A DNA stretch of 64,000 nt. Source: Antechinus flavipes (taxonomy: Eukaryota). Shown here piece by piece: positions 13,393 through 25,624 of the stretch. Every line of letters starts with the position of its first letter. The first letter of the stretch is position 1. Below the pieces are notes generated by a model, which did not search any database, was not told where the DNA came from, and worked only from the letters and a program-made list of their open reading frames with translations. The DNA lies in assembly GCF_016432865.1 (NCBI RefSeq), contig NC_067401.1:30194001-30258000 (forward strand). The letters are read 5' to 3'. Made by a program: the position numbers and the translations under genes.

Positions 13393-13878
13393 ACAAACCA
13401 GGGCTCCCCCGCTGTGCCCCATGGGCACCAGAGCAATAAATAACCGGAGAGGGCACAGCTTCAGGGGATGGAGAGGGCTGGAGCTCCGGCAGGCTCACTC
13501 CGGCCCCGCCTCGCCTCCCTATGGCTCTTGGGGTGGGGGCCAAGCAGCTTGCCTTGCTCCCCAGTACAGTACAGTGGACAGGGGCCAAGGCAGCTGTGGA
13601 CCCCCCAAGAAAGGATCATTTATTTCAAGCCCTTAAAGACCCCAGTGCCTATTCCCCCCCCCATCCCTTCCCCAGAGGGGGCGGGGACTGGGGGGGAAGC
13701 ACCAATAAGAGGCACCTGAGGGGGAGGTACATGGCAGGGGGACACAGTGGGAGCCCGGCGGGCAGGGGGAAGGGCAACCTGGCCTAGTGTGGTGAAAGGG
13801 GAGGGGCGTGGGAGGGGGGGCCCGCCCCCTTCTCCCCGTCCCTGCCCTCAGCAGCAGAGACCCCGCCCACCCCAGTCC

Positions 13879-16800
13879 TCAACTCAGGATCTTCTTGGGC
13901 AGCTCTACTGAAGCGCGGATAAAGACGGCATCATCACGCACATAGTTGCGCTTGCGGATGTCCTGGTGGGAGATGAACTTGGGATAGCCGAAGCCCAGGG
14001 CGCTCTCGTCCACCGAGCCCCTCCAGGTGCCCGGCTTCTGGAAGTTCTTCCAGTGGGGGTCCGGGTGGAAGGTCTCCGTGACGTGCTGGGGCTTGGTGAC
14101 GGCCGGGTCGCTCTGGTCCAGCAGGGAGAAGGTGACGCGGCGGGAGAAGGGCCACTCCAGCAGGTTGTCGAAGGCGCCGGGCAGCACCCGGATGTACAGG
14201 GACAGGTGCGTCCCCTCGCCGCTGCCGTTGCCGTTGAGGAAGGCGGAGACCTGGAGCTTGTAGCCGTACTTGTGGGTGTAGAAGGCCGGGCTGAAGCACT
14301 CGTGGTTGGAGCGGGCCTTGGCCTCCTGCAGGCGCCGCCCGTAGCCGCCGATCTTCCAGATGAGCACGCCGTCGCAGCCCACCGACAGCTCCTCCACGTC
14401 CCGGCGCAGCTCCAGCAGCTCCTGCCGCTGCCGGCTCACCAGCGCGCACATCATGGCCAGGTGCGGCTTCACGCTCTCCTCCATGTGGCGGCCCATGGCC
14501 AGCTTGGGGCACTGCGGGGGGAGGGGGCGGGTGAGCGGGGCCGAAGCGGGGGTCCCCCCCCCAACCCCGGCCCAGGATCACTCACCCGGTGTTTGCAGCC
14601 CGCGTCCTTGAAGGGGCACAGGACGGGAGCCGAGCTGCAGTTCTCTTTCAGGTGGCTGGGCAAGTCCTCCCTCGGGATGCTCCCCATTCCACACTGGTTG
14701 GGGCACGGCACAGGGTAGCGGGGGCACTGGTGCTGGTGGTTCTGGGCGGGAGGGACAGCAGTGAGCGACGTCCGGAGTCCCAGCCTTGGGCTCCGCCATG
14801 AGGGGCCCACCCCCCAGCCTGGCGCCCCAGAGGGGTCCGCGGCCTTGGTGCCGAATCCAGGCGCTCTGTCCCCTGGGCCTGCGGGGCCCGGGGCTCGGGA
14901 AAGAGGCTCACCTGGATGGTATCAAAGACAAACTCCTTGGAGCAGTAGGCACAAGGCTGGGTCCGCTTGGGGCACTCAGTCATCATGTGCTGGCTCAGCA
15001 GCCGGCGCATCATTCGGGCCCCGCATTTGTTCTCGCAGTACACGCTCTCCTGTGGGCAGACCCCCTCATGGCTCTGGGGGCCAGGGAAGGAAAGCGTTAG
15101 AGCTCAGGACCGGCCGGGATCCTCCATGCCAAGTCTCAGCCGCCCAAACCCCACCCCGGAAGCTTAAGGATCCGTCACCGAGGCCTTCCCCCCAAGCTGG
15201 TAATCCGGGCCTGTGGCCCCGCTGACTGGCACCAGCCTCTCTCCCAGATTTCGGGCTCGGGCCCCCCCATGTCCCCTCACAGACCCCCCCCGTGCCCCCA
15301 CAGACCTCCCAGATTTCGGGCTCGGGGCCCCCCATGTCCCATAGACCTCAGCCCCCCCTCACTTGGGCCCCCCATGTCCCCTCACAGACCCCCCCATGTG
15401 CCCCCACAGACCTCCCAGATTTTGGGCTCAGGGCCCCCCACGCCCCACAGACCCCCCCATGTGCCCCCACAGACCTCCCGGATTTCGGGCTCGGGGCCCC
15501 CCACACCCCACCGACCCCCCCCCAATACCTCATAGGCTTCCCCGGTAAAGTCGATGCCACAGAAGTCGCACTTGAGCCTCCTCTTGGGGCACTCGCGCTG
15601 CAGGTGGGTGGGCAGGTCCCTGCGGCTCAGCTTGGCACTGCAGCGGTTGGGGCAGGACACCACGTTGTAGCCGCAGGAGTTGAGGTGGCCCTGCAGACAG
15701 GGGACGGTCACTTCCCACCCGGCCGCGCCCCCCCAGCTCCCAGCCCAGAGGGCGCCCCCTCACCTGCAGGTGCCGCAGGGCTCCGGTCCAGCGACAGCCC
15801 TCCTCACTGTGGATGCAGCGGATGGCCAGACTCAAGACCTGAGCTTCGAGCTCCGGGTCGGGATAAATCTGGGAGGGGAGGGCGAGGTCAGGGGGCTCCT
15901 CGGGCACCGGAGGAAGCCGTCCCGGCCGGGGCACCCGCTCACCCAATGAGGTCATGACATTGGGCCTCAGTTTCCCCTTCTGAGAAGTCTGGCCCAGGCT
16001 CCTTGTGCCAACCTTCTGGCTCCGCTTTTGTGGGTCCGGACTGAGCCGTGCGCCCTCCCCTGCTGCCATCCCTCTGGGCCCCGTGGATGGGCAGAGGTGG
16101 CCAGTCCTGCCCAGCGGGGCTCCGGGACCCTCCCCCTCTGCTTCCCTCCTGAATGATCCTCCCAAGGCCTGGGCCTGCAGTGGGGGAGGGGACCCTGCTC
16201 TGGGCTCCGGCCCAGCCCCCGGGACAGGGCGGGAAGGCGGCTTCCTGTGGGCACAGAGCGGTCTCTGTGAGCCTCGGGCACCCCCCCCCCCAGCCGGGCG
16301 TCCTGCCCAGCGCCCCCCCAGCCACACACACAGGGCAAACACCAGTGACTCCGGGTTTAGAGCCGTGGGGGAAGGGAGGAAACAAGCCTCCTTTGTGGGG
16401 GCACACAGAGCCCCTTGCTCCAGAGTTGACATTGGCAGCGGGCTCCCGCCCAGACTGCCAGCACCCCCCTCCCGCAAGCAACTGCCAGAGTGGGCCCGGG
16501 GTGGGGGGGAGGGGATGCTCATTTGGACGCCGCTGGGCGCTCTGCTCCCCCTGCTCACCTTGGCATAGTCCAGGGGCAATTGGTCCTCCGGACATTTAAA
16601 AACTCCTTCACTGTAAGAGGAAAGACAAGGGGGGAGGGGGGTAAGATAAGCCTGACCCTGATACCCCCCCCCAGGGGGAAATGCCCTGGGCTCTGGGTTA
16701 GCAGGGGCTGCCACCTCCCTGCGCCCGGCGCTTCAAACCCCCCTGGGCTCCTGCCTTTGCCATCTCAGGGCAGAGAGGAAAACCTCATGGCCACGCCCCC

Positions 16801-19800
16801 AACCCCCCCTGCAGCCGGGCCAGCCCCCCCAAGCAAGGCTGGCCAGACCGGTTCCCAAACCTGCCTTTAGCAAGAACCAGACAAAGGGTGGGGAGCCCAC
16901 AGTCTCCATGGTAGCCTGCTCCGCCATCGCCCCTCCCCAAGCTGAAGGACCCCCCCCCAAAACAAACCTTTCCCCAAGGAGGAGAGAGGATATACTAGAA
17001 CATAAGGCAGCTGCTGGCAGCATTTGGCCCAAGTATGGCAGCTGCTGCTAAGTCATGTCCGACCCCGTGGCAGCTGGCTGGGGGGCGGGAAGGGGCCCGG
17101 TCCTGCCCCCCCCATCTTAGCTCTACAAGAAGGGACCTCGTCCTATCCCCCCCATCTTAATCACAGCTCTCCAATTTCCAGTGGGCAAGCTTCCCAGCTC
17201 CCCCCTCTTCCCCCCACCAGCCACTGTGCTGCGGAGCCCCAGGATCAGTGTCATCTCCCCCAAAACGCGGGGAGGGGGCGGGGGATGATGGGGGGAGCTG
17301 GGAAGGAGACAGGAGACAAAGCCCTTGGGGAATGGTCCTCCCTGGGCACACGCGTGTGGCAGGACCCCCGCCTGAATCTGTAGCCAAACCCTCCCTCAGC
17401 CAGCCCCGGCTCCGTCCCCTCCCACTAGCCTGGGCCCCTGGGCTAGAAGTCGTGGTCGCCCCTTCCCGGGCACTGGGAGGTGCCCCCAGGCACGGCATTC
17501 CTGACAGGCGGGTGTGAGTCAGGCAGGAGGAGTGGGCCGGGGGCAGGCAGGGGCAGGACGGGCTCCAAGGGCCACGTGGCAGCGCAGTCTCCAGAGCCCG
17601 GCCCCTTCCCCCCACGGAGCCCCCGTGTCCGAGCCCCCGACTGGGCCAGAGTCACAGACACGCAGCTCCGGACGCTCCGAGTTCCCACCGCGGCTCCTGG
17701 CAGCACCCCCAGAAGCGGCCCGGGGGCTCGGCGGCCCTTGTCAGTGCCAAGGGCCGGCGCCAGGCCATCTGCCTACCTGCGGCCCGTCTGGGAGAAGCCG
17801 CCCGGGGCAAAGTGGGGCCGCTTGGCTTCTCCCAAGAATGTGCTGACTTAGGAGTTCCAGGGAGAAGGGGGAAGGGACCGGTCAGCTCCCCTCCCCCCAC
17901 CCTGAGGGCCTGGCACGAGGAAGGAGGCCAGGGTTGGACCCAGCCCCCCCCTCAGCCCCCTGCCCTTACCCCATTCTCCGAGTGAGCCCCCGTGGGAGCT
18001 GTTCTCCTTCTCTGGAGGAGCCTGGGGGGCTGGGCTGGGGGGGGGGGGCAGCAGCTGCAGAAGTGACTCCATCAGCCCAGACCCCAGAGCCAGAGAGTCT
18101 GGGGGGAGGGAAAGGGGTCTGTCCCTATAAGGAACTAAATGAGCGCCCAGAAAGAGGCTTGAACCCCAGAGAGAGTCCTGCCCCCCCCATCTCCCCCAGG
18201 GCCTGGGGGGAAAGGCAGGATGAGTGGAAGCGGTGGGAAGGAGGGCCGGGGGCCTAGAGAGAGGAAGAGGGGATTTCCGGGTGGGGGAGGTGAGGAGAGA
18301 GGCCCGGAGGCAGGAGAGGGGGAGAGGGAGGCAGTTGGACTTGGCAGCCCAGTCCCCCTTCCCAGCCTCCCCCAAGACAAGAGCTTCCATGGGAGGAGGG
18401 GGCGGGGAGGCCAGCTGTGTGTGTGTTGGGGGGAACATCTGGAAGCCCAGGAGGCCAGAACCCAGATGTGTGGGCAGGAGTGAGAAGAGAAGCCCAGTAT
18501 ATTGGAGAAAGAAGCCTGAAGGTCTGGCAGGAGGAACAGGAGACAAAAGCCAAGGCAGCCTGAGACTTCCGCTGCAGGAGGAAGGGGCAGAGGGCCAGGT
18601 TGGAGCCCCCTCCCCTCCCGGCCCCCCGTGCTCGGCCCTGGCAGACAGAGCAAGGGGTGGCCTTCGCTGAACTCTCCCAGCTTGGACTTGGAGTCCTGGA
18701 CGTCCTCCAGAGAGAGCAGGAAGGGGAGGGCGGCCACAGGGAGATCCCCCACCCCCACTTCTCTCTGCCCTCCGAGGGCTTCCCGTGGCAGTTTCTGATT
18801 GAACTTTTGAAGAGTAACTCAGAGGGTTGGGGGAGGGGGGCATCGGGGACAATGAGCTGCCCACGGAATAAAAAACATAACAAAACTTGGGCCCCGGATT
18901 CAAATCCGGACCTCTCAGCAGCTCGCTGAAGCAGGTGCCAGCCTGCTGGGGGGGTGGAGGGGGTCCCTCCCTCTCGGTTCCCTACAGCAATGAAATCCCA
19001 GGCCTGGTGGGAGAAAAAAGGGCAGGGTGCTCTCTGTCCCAAGCTGCCCCAGGGAGGGAAGGTGGGAAGGGCCTTCCAGGCAAGATCACACTCCCCTGCT
19101 CTGATACAAAGAGTCCTGGAAGAATGGAAGGGGGCTGGTGGTTTGTGGGTGAAGGATGGAAAATGTGGGGTGCTTGAAGGTTTCCCTGCGGGGAGGTCCA
19201 GAAAACTACCTGCTCCTAAGTCAGGGAAAGAATGAAGGGATAGGGCAGGGGCGCAGGGGGGTCTGGAACAGGACAGGGTGGGAAAGAAGAGAAGGTAGGG
19301 AAAAGGAGGGAAAAGGTAGAAATAAAGGAAAGGGGAGAAATCTCACCCTGGAAACACCCTAGAGAGCCCCAATGCCAATGTGGGGGGTGTTTGCTGGGAT
19401 CACTGAGGCAGGCTGCCTGCCTCTGCCATCCCACAGCCCGGGCTCAATGCCCCTTCTGTAGCCTGCTTCCCTTTGTGCCCTGGGGGTTGGCACTGGCTTG
19501 GGGGGAGGGCTGTATCAGAACAGATGGTCAGGCAGGGAGACAGAGATGGGAGCTGACTGTGTGTCCTAGGCTGGCAAGGCAACTTCCTGGCCTTTACCTT
19601 TCTCTGCCCTCACTCCTGTGTGGGAGTGGGAGGAAGCTGGCCTGGTCCAGGAGGGAGAGAAAATAACATGGACAAAAGGGGGTGGGGAAAATGCTGGAGA
19701 TCGAGACAGAGACAGAATATAGTGTGAGTGTGAGAGACAGAGAGAATATGGGGGGGAGACAGAGAATATAGTGTGTGTGAGAGACAGAATATGGGGGAGA

Positions 19801-22800
19801 CAGAGAATATAGTGTGTGTGAGAGACAGAATATGGGGGGGGGGACAGAGAATATAGTGTGTGTGAGAGAGAGAATATGGGGGGGAAAGAATATAGTATGT
19901 CTGAGAGACAGAGAGAATATGGGGGGGAGACAGAGAATATAGTGTGTGTGAGAGACAGAATATGGGGGAGACAGAGAATATAGTGTGTGTGAGAGAGAGA
20001 GAGAATATGGGGGGAGACAGAGAATATAGTGTGTGAGAGAGACAGAGAGAATATGGGGGGAGGAGAGACAGAATATAGTGTGTGTGAGAGACAGAATATG
20101 GGGGGAGACAGAGAATATAGTGTGTGTGAGAGAGAGAGAATATGGGGGAGACAGAGAATATAGTGTGTGTGAGAGAGAGAGAATATGGGGGGAGACAGAG
20201 AATATAGTGTGTGTGTGAGACAGAATATGGGGGGGACAGAGAATATAGTGTGTGTGAGAGACAGAGAGAATATGGGGGGGGAGAGAGAATATAGTGTGTG
20301 TGAGAGACAGAATATGGGGGGGAGATAGAATATGGTATGAGTGTGAGACAGAGAGAATATGGGGGGGGGGAGGGGGAGAGACAGAATATAGTGTGTGAGA
20401 GACAGAGACAGAGAGAATATGGGGGGGAGAGAATATAGTGTGAGTGTGAGAGACAGAGAGAATATGGGGGGAGGGGGAGAGAGAATATAGTGTGTGTGAG
20501 ACAGAGACAGAGAGAATATGGGGGGGAGAGACAGAATATAGTATGTGTGAGAGAGAGACAGAGAGAATATTGGGGGGGAGAGACAGAATATAGTGTGAGT
20601 GTGAGAGACAGAGAGAATATGGGGGGAAGGGGAGAGAGAATATAGTGTGTGAGAGACAGAGACAGAGAGAATATGGGGGGAGGGGGAGAGAGAATATAGT
20701 GTGTGAGAGACAGAGACAGAGAGAATATGGGGGGAGGGGGAGAGAGAATATAGTGTGTGAGAGACAGAGACAGAGAGAATATGGGGGGGGGAGAGACAGA
20801 ATATAGTATGTGTGAGAGACAGAGACAGAGAGAATATTGGGGGGGAGAGAATATAGTGTGAGTGTGAGAGACAGAGAGAATATGGGGGGAGGGGGAGAGA
20901 GAATATAGTGTGTGAGAGACAGAGACAGAGAGAATATGGGGGGGGAGAGACAGAATATAGTGTGAGTGTGATAGACAGAGAGAATATGGGGGGGAGAGAA
21001 TATAGTGTCAGTGTGAGAGACAGAGAGAATATGGGGGGAAGGGGAGAGAGAATATAGTGTGAGTGTGAGAGACACAGAGAATATGGGGGGGGAGAGACAG
21101 GATATAGTGTGAGTGTGATAGACAGAGAGAATATGGGGGGGAGAGAATATAGTGTGAGTGTGAGAGACAGAATATGGGGGGGAGAGAATATAGTGTGAGT
21201 GTGAGAGACAGAGAATATGGGGGGAGGGGGAGAGAGAATATAGTGTGTGAGAGACAGAGACAGAGAGAATATGGGGGGGGAGAGACAGAATATAGTGTGA
21301 GTGTGAGAGACAGAGAGAATAGGGGGGGAGAGACAGAATATAGTGTGTGAGAGAGAGAGAGAATATGGGGGGGGAGAGACAGAATATAGTATGTGTGAGA
21401 GAGAGACAGAGAGAATATTGGGAGGAGGGGGGGGTGTTCGCAGGGCAGGGAATTGCTCTGCTTCAGCCAGCCCCGGATAAATGCAAGCAGCACCTGGATT
21501 AAGCCCCGTTAGCAGAGGCTTCCAAACCAGGAGCCCCCGTTGCGGGTCTCCCAGCTGAGCGCTGGCTTTGTGACCCGGACTAAGCACTTAACCACTTCAG
21601 TGCCCCGGGCAGCTTGGAAGAGAAATCGCAGAGAAGGTCCACACCCGCGCCGGGAGTTCCCTCCACCCAAGAAATCCCAGGTTCAATCTATCCCTATCAG
21701 TCGCGTGCCGGCTCCGTGGGGGAGACAAAGGCGGTTTCTTTGGGGGCTCCCTGGGGAGAACTTGTGACCTCCGCTCCCACTGCTCCCCATACAGGGACCC
21801 CGAGGCCAAGCGTCAGACCGAGCGGTCAGTCTAACCATTAACCGATTCCTTCTACGATTATTATCGATCATCCCCAGTTTCCTAATCAGGTGCCCCGGGG
21901 GCGAGACCTGGGCTAAGAGACCCAGCCCTGCCTCTAGCAACCTTCCCTTCTCCCAGGTAGCACTTTCTAAGCCTCTTTTTAAACTGGTTAAGACCCTAGT
22001 GTAGACCCTATTTAACGGGGAGGGCTGGGAGCCGTGAGACCTCGATGCGGGGGACCGGAGGAACCAAGAATCTCTGAGCCCAGGAGCAAGTTTGTGCGGA
22101 CTGCTAGGGTTCTTCCAAGAGTTCTTTGGGGATCCCGCCTAGAAAGGGGCGCGGGGTTTCCCCCTAGAGCCCCCGGGCCCCAGGTTGGCGGTTGGTGGTG
22201 GGGCGGCTGGAGAAGCTTGCTTTCCCTTCTGGGTGCTGGGAAGGGTCCAGGCGGAAGAGAAAGTAAGGTAGTGAAAGAAGAGGTAAAGGACACCGAAGGA
22301 AAAAAAAAGGGGGGGTCCTATTGTGCTGACGTCACAACGACCCTCTTTTGACGTCAAGGCGCATTGTTGGGGGGCTCCAGAGGGGCCACCGGAGGAGGCA
22401 GGGGGTGACCTCCGGCCGGAGGGGGTTCGGGAGGGGACTCCGGAATGAGACAAAGGGCAGCGGCGCTCCTTCCCCAGCCCGGGCCGCCCCACCCTCGGCC
22501 CCACCTGCCCGGTTCCCCGAGCGGCCGCCGAAGGCTCGCCCTTCCTTTGTTACTCGGGTCCCTCCCGGCCGGGGCTCGGAACGCTCCCTCTTTCCCGACC
22601 CCTTTGTTCGAGTCCGGGCCCCGGAGGTGCGGAAACAAGGCAGAAGGGAAGCGTCCCCGCTCCTGCCGCCCCCCCCCCAGCCCGCCCAGTCCGCGGAACC
22701 TTGCTCCCCCTCCCGTGGGACCCCGGCGTCCCAGCGGCAGCGCGCTCCCCCGCCCCCGCCCCCTTCCCCGGCCGCGGCTCCTCCACGTCTCGCTCCGGCG

Positions 22801-22972
22801 GCGCCCCGGCCCGGGGGGTCCCCACGCACCTGAGAAACTCCTGCAGGCAGGTGTCGCAAAAGCGGTGGCCGCAGGTCGAGACCTGCACTGGCTCCCGCAT
22901 GGCCTTCCCGCACAGCGGGCACAGCAGCCGCCGCTTGGGCTTCTCCAGGAACTTGTAGTCGAAACCGGGCAT
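13879..22972 (-). CDS. TRAF4: TNF receptor-associated factor 4 (RING, TRAF zinc fingers, MATH domain), 470 aa, 7 coding exons
   Basis: Exons on minus: 22972-22830, 16610-16559, 15868-15764, 15690-15529, 15073-14912, 14741-14586, 14511-13879. All introns are GT-AG and the total of 1413 nt is 470 aa plus stop. Starts MPGFDYKFLEKPKRRLLCPLCGKAMREPVQVSTCGHRFC and ends RNYVRDDAVFIRASVELPKKILS. Confidence 0.98.
15241..15523. repeat. GC-rich minisatellite (~62-66 bp unit, ~4 copies) in TRAF4 intron 4
   Basis: The core CCC(A/G)GATTT(C/T)GGGCTC(G/A)GGG recurs at about 15243, 15308, 15415 and 15477, with ACAGACCCCCCC and CCCATGT submotifs. Confidence 0.9.
19703..21435. repeat. Large compound minisatellite (~48 bp mean unit, ~36 copies) in TRAF4 intron 1
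   Basis: Repeating AGAATAT-G(5-10)-(AG)n-ACAG followed by AGAATAT-AG-(TG)n-(AG)n-ACAG. About 36 AATATAGT-type cores counted by eye. Confidence 0.97.
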
Positions 22973-23350
22973 TGTGGGCGGCCGGGCGGCCGGGGTGAGG
23001 GCCAGCCCCGGCGCCCGCGGCCCCCCCAGCCAGCCAGTTCCCCAGCGAGGCTCGGCGCGGCCGGCCCACTAGTGACTGCAGCCCCGGCGGCCGCCGCTCC
23101 AGGTCCATGATCCGGCCCCTCCCGGGCGGGCGGAGCGGGGGCGGGGGCGGGGGCGGAGCCCGGGCAGGCCGGCCGGTCCTAGCGCCGGCCCGGCCCCCGC
23201 CCCCTCCCCTGCCCCCCCCACCGCGCGCCCCGAGCCTCGGAGGGGGAGGGGCAAGGAGCGCTGCCCCCCAATCTGCCCCTCGGCCCCCTCCAGTCGGCCC
23301 TGCCCAGCCTGGTCCAGGTACCCCGACCTTCACTCCCTCGTGCTCAGCTC
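22000..23350 (-). promoter_or_regulatory. CpG island and promoter of TRAF4 (boundaries approximate)
   Basis: Dense CpG, with multiple GGGCGG boxes at about 23125-23160, surrounding TRAF4 exon 1. Confidence 0.8.
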
Positions 23351-24328
23351 TCATTCATTCTCTCGTACTGAACCACTACTGTGTGTGTGTGTGCCCCGGG
23401 CCGCCTTTACCCAGCCCACCCCCTCCAGGCTGGCTCCCTCCCTCCGGACCGCCCCTTACCCACCCCCCCGAGCCCCCCTCCCCGCCTTGAGCCCTAAGCG
23501 GGGTAGGCAGAAGCGGGCAGAGGATTCACGGAGGATGAATCACGCCCCCCTCACCTCCAGTCTGCTTCTCTGGCTCACTCCGGAAGTGGGGGAGGGGCCG
23601 GCCTCCCTCCCCCATCCCTTCCTTACCCCTGAGGGGGAAGGGCAGCTACACCCCACCCTGGGGAGCGGCTCGGGGAGCCCTCCCTCGCTGACCGCGGAGG
23701 GAGGGCGGCTAGGACCCCGAGGATTCTGGGACCAGGGCCAAGGGGAAAATAAAAACACCCACAGAGCCCGGTGCGAGTCCCCCCGCGGGGCCAAGGGGAC
23801 TGCCTGGACGCGGGGCCGCGGGGCCGAAGCCGAGCCCGCACTTCTTCGGGAGCCTGAGGGCTGCCGGCGGGGGAGGGGGACGCGGATGGGGGGGGGTACT
23901 GTCAGCTAGTAGGGTGGGTCCCATGCCAATCAGCCGGCTATTCTGGAAGCCCCCGTCTCCCGGAACCGAGCGTTGGGAAAGAGACCGGGGTTTGCCCCAG
24001 CTCCCTCCGGACCCACGTGGCAGGCCCCTGGGGTTCAAGTGTGCCACGCAGCATGGCAACCCGGGGCCAGCGGGGAGCTCGCACCGGGCCCGGACTAGCG
24101 AAGGGAGGGCACCGAGGGGAAGGGAGAGAGGCTGGGCCTGGGCACGGCGCCAGAGGAAACCTCAGCCCTGGGGCACCTGGCTGCACCCACATTCCTCCCC
24201 GGCTGCCCGGCAACCCGGGTCCCTGGTCTATCCGTGCCCTTGGGTGCCTGTCCGCGGCGCCCCCACCCTCACTACACACGCTCCTCTGTAATTAACTCCG
24301 AGGCAAACGAGCTGGTCTTTGGCTTCAG

Positions 24329-24334
24329 TTTATT
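24329..24334 (-). terminator. Candidate NEK8 polyadenylation signal (AATAAA on minus; an alternative at 24907-24912)
   Basis: TTTATT on the plus strand downstream of the NEK8 3' coding region and about 1 kb upstream of the TRAF4 CpG island. Confidence 0.5.
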
Positions 24335-25624
24335 AGCCCCCATCCCCCACTCCCACGGCCCCCTGCCCACCCCCTCCAAACCCTGCTCTGGCATCCGAAA
24401 GCCTTTCTGAGGGCACCAAGAGGAAACCCCGCTGCCCCTTGCCACCTGAGCCCTGGCAGGGCTGTCCAAGGCGGCTTCTGTAAGCCCCACAAAGGGGTTC
24501 CATGAATAAGAGTCAATAAAGTGCTTCCTCCCTCTCCTCTCTTTGCTCCTCCCTCAGACCTCTCTCGGCCTTATGGCTCTGCCCTCCGGTGCCCCAAACA
24601 CTGCCCTCTTCCCCCCAAGAAACTCACGCCGTGCAACCCACTGTGATGCTCAGCCACGCAGTGGGGCTGCCGGGGTGGGGGGGGCAGTGCCCTTCCACCG
24701 CGGGGGGGGAGCTCTGGCCCACGGGGACAAGCCCAAACTTGCTTATGTTGTCTTGGACCCAGGCGCCCGGCCTCCAGTCTCCATTTTTTGGATTTCAGGA
24801 GGGGGTGTTGGGGAAACCCACAGAGCCCGCCCCACCAAAGCTCGTCTCCTGGGCCCTGGCGTGGCGAGGCCCCGAGAGGGGGCACCTGCCCCTCCCGCCT
24901 GCCAAGTTTATTTACCAGAACCAGTGTCCCCGGTGGGTTGGGCCCAGGGCTCCTGGGGTGTGGTGAAGGCCTGGCATGGGGGAGGGGCGGGCCATACCTG
25001 GCCTGGAAGTGAGCACACATGCCTGATGAGCTGGCGGCCTGTGCCCAGGCACTGCAGGGGGCTGGGATAGCGGGGGCCTTCGGGGGGTAAGCCACGCCAG
25101 CTTCTTAGAGGCAACGTCCTGACTGCCCAGGGGGCACTGCCCACGCCAAAGCAGCTAGTACCCCCTGTGCCAGTTAGGGGTGGCACAGAGGGCAGGAGGC
25201 CGGCCTATCCGTTCTCTGCGGGGCAGAAATCTAGCTGGAGGTCCTCACGGCGGTATGGACTCCTCCGTGGCAGCTGGAAAACAAGAGGAGGGGCGCCAAT
25301 TCAGCCCCTGGGATGGGCAGAGCCACCCCCCTCCCCCGGCAGGCTTCAAGCAGGCCAAAAATAGTCTTTGTGGGGGAGAGGGAGCAGCCGTGGGGAGAAG
25401 AGGGCAGTGAGGGCTGAGAAAGGCTCCCAGGAGGGCGCCCGGCTTCCTCTGTCGGGACAGGTGCTTTGGCGGGGGGGGGGGGGGGGGGGGGGGGGCTGCT
25501 GCTCATCCCGGACAGAGGGTCTGGCCCAGAATTTGGCAGGGAGCCCTTGGGGGCCCAGGACGCCCCACGCCACTGAGGCTCCAGGCGTCCGTTAGAGCCT
25601 CCCCAGAAGTCTGGGCGTGGGCAC

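Noticed and set aside
13934-18903. Many 100-390-aa Pro/Gly/Arg-rich ORFs overlapping TRAF4, with similar ones over NEK8, TLCD1 and RAB34 CpG islands
   Set aside because: Expected from stop-codon scarcity at ~70% GC. Real exon segments inside them are already assigned to the host genes.
18894-18909. Inverted repeat CCGGATT-CA-AATCCGG in TRAF4 intron 1
   Set aside because: A 7-bp stem is too short to be significant without conservation data.
19566-21587. 673-aa and 493-aa minus-strand ORFs (and 21008-21493)
   Set aside because: They lie within the TRAF4 intron-1 minisatellite, whose minus strand rarely forms stop codons. The products are repetitive S/L/P/H/I/Y strings with no domain, so they are artefacts.
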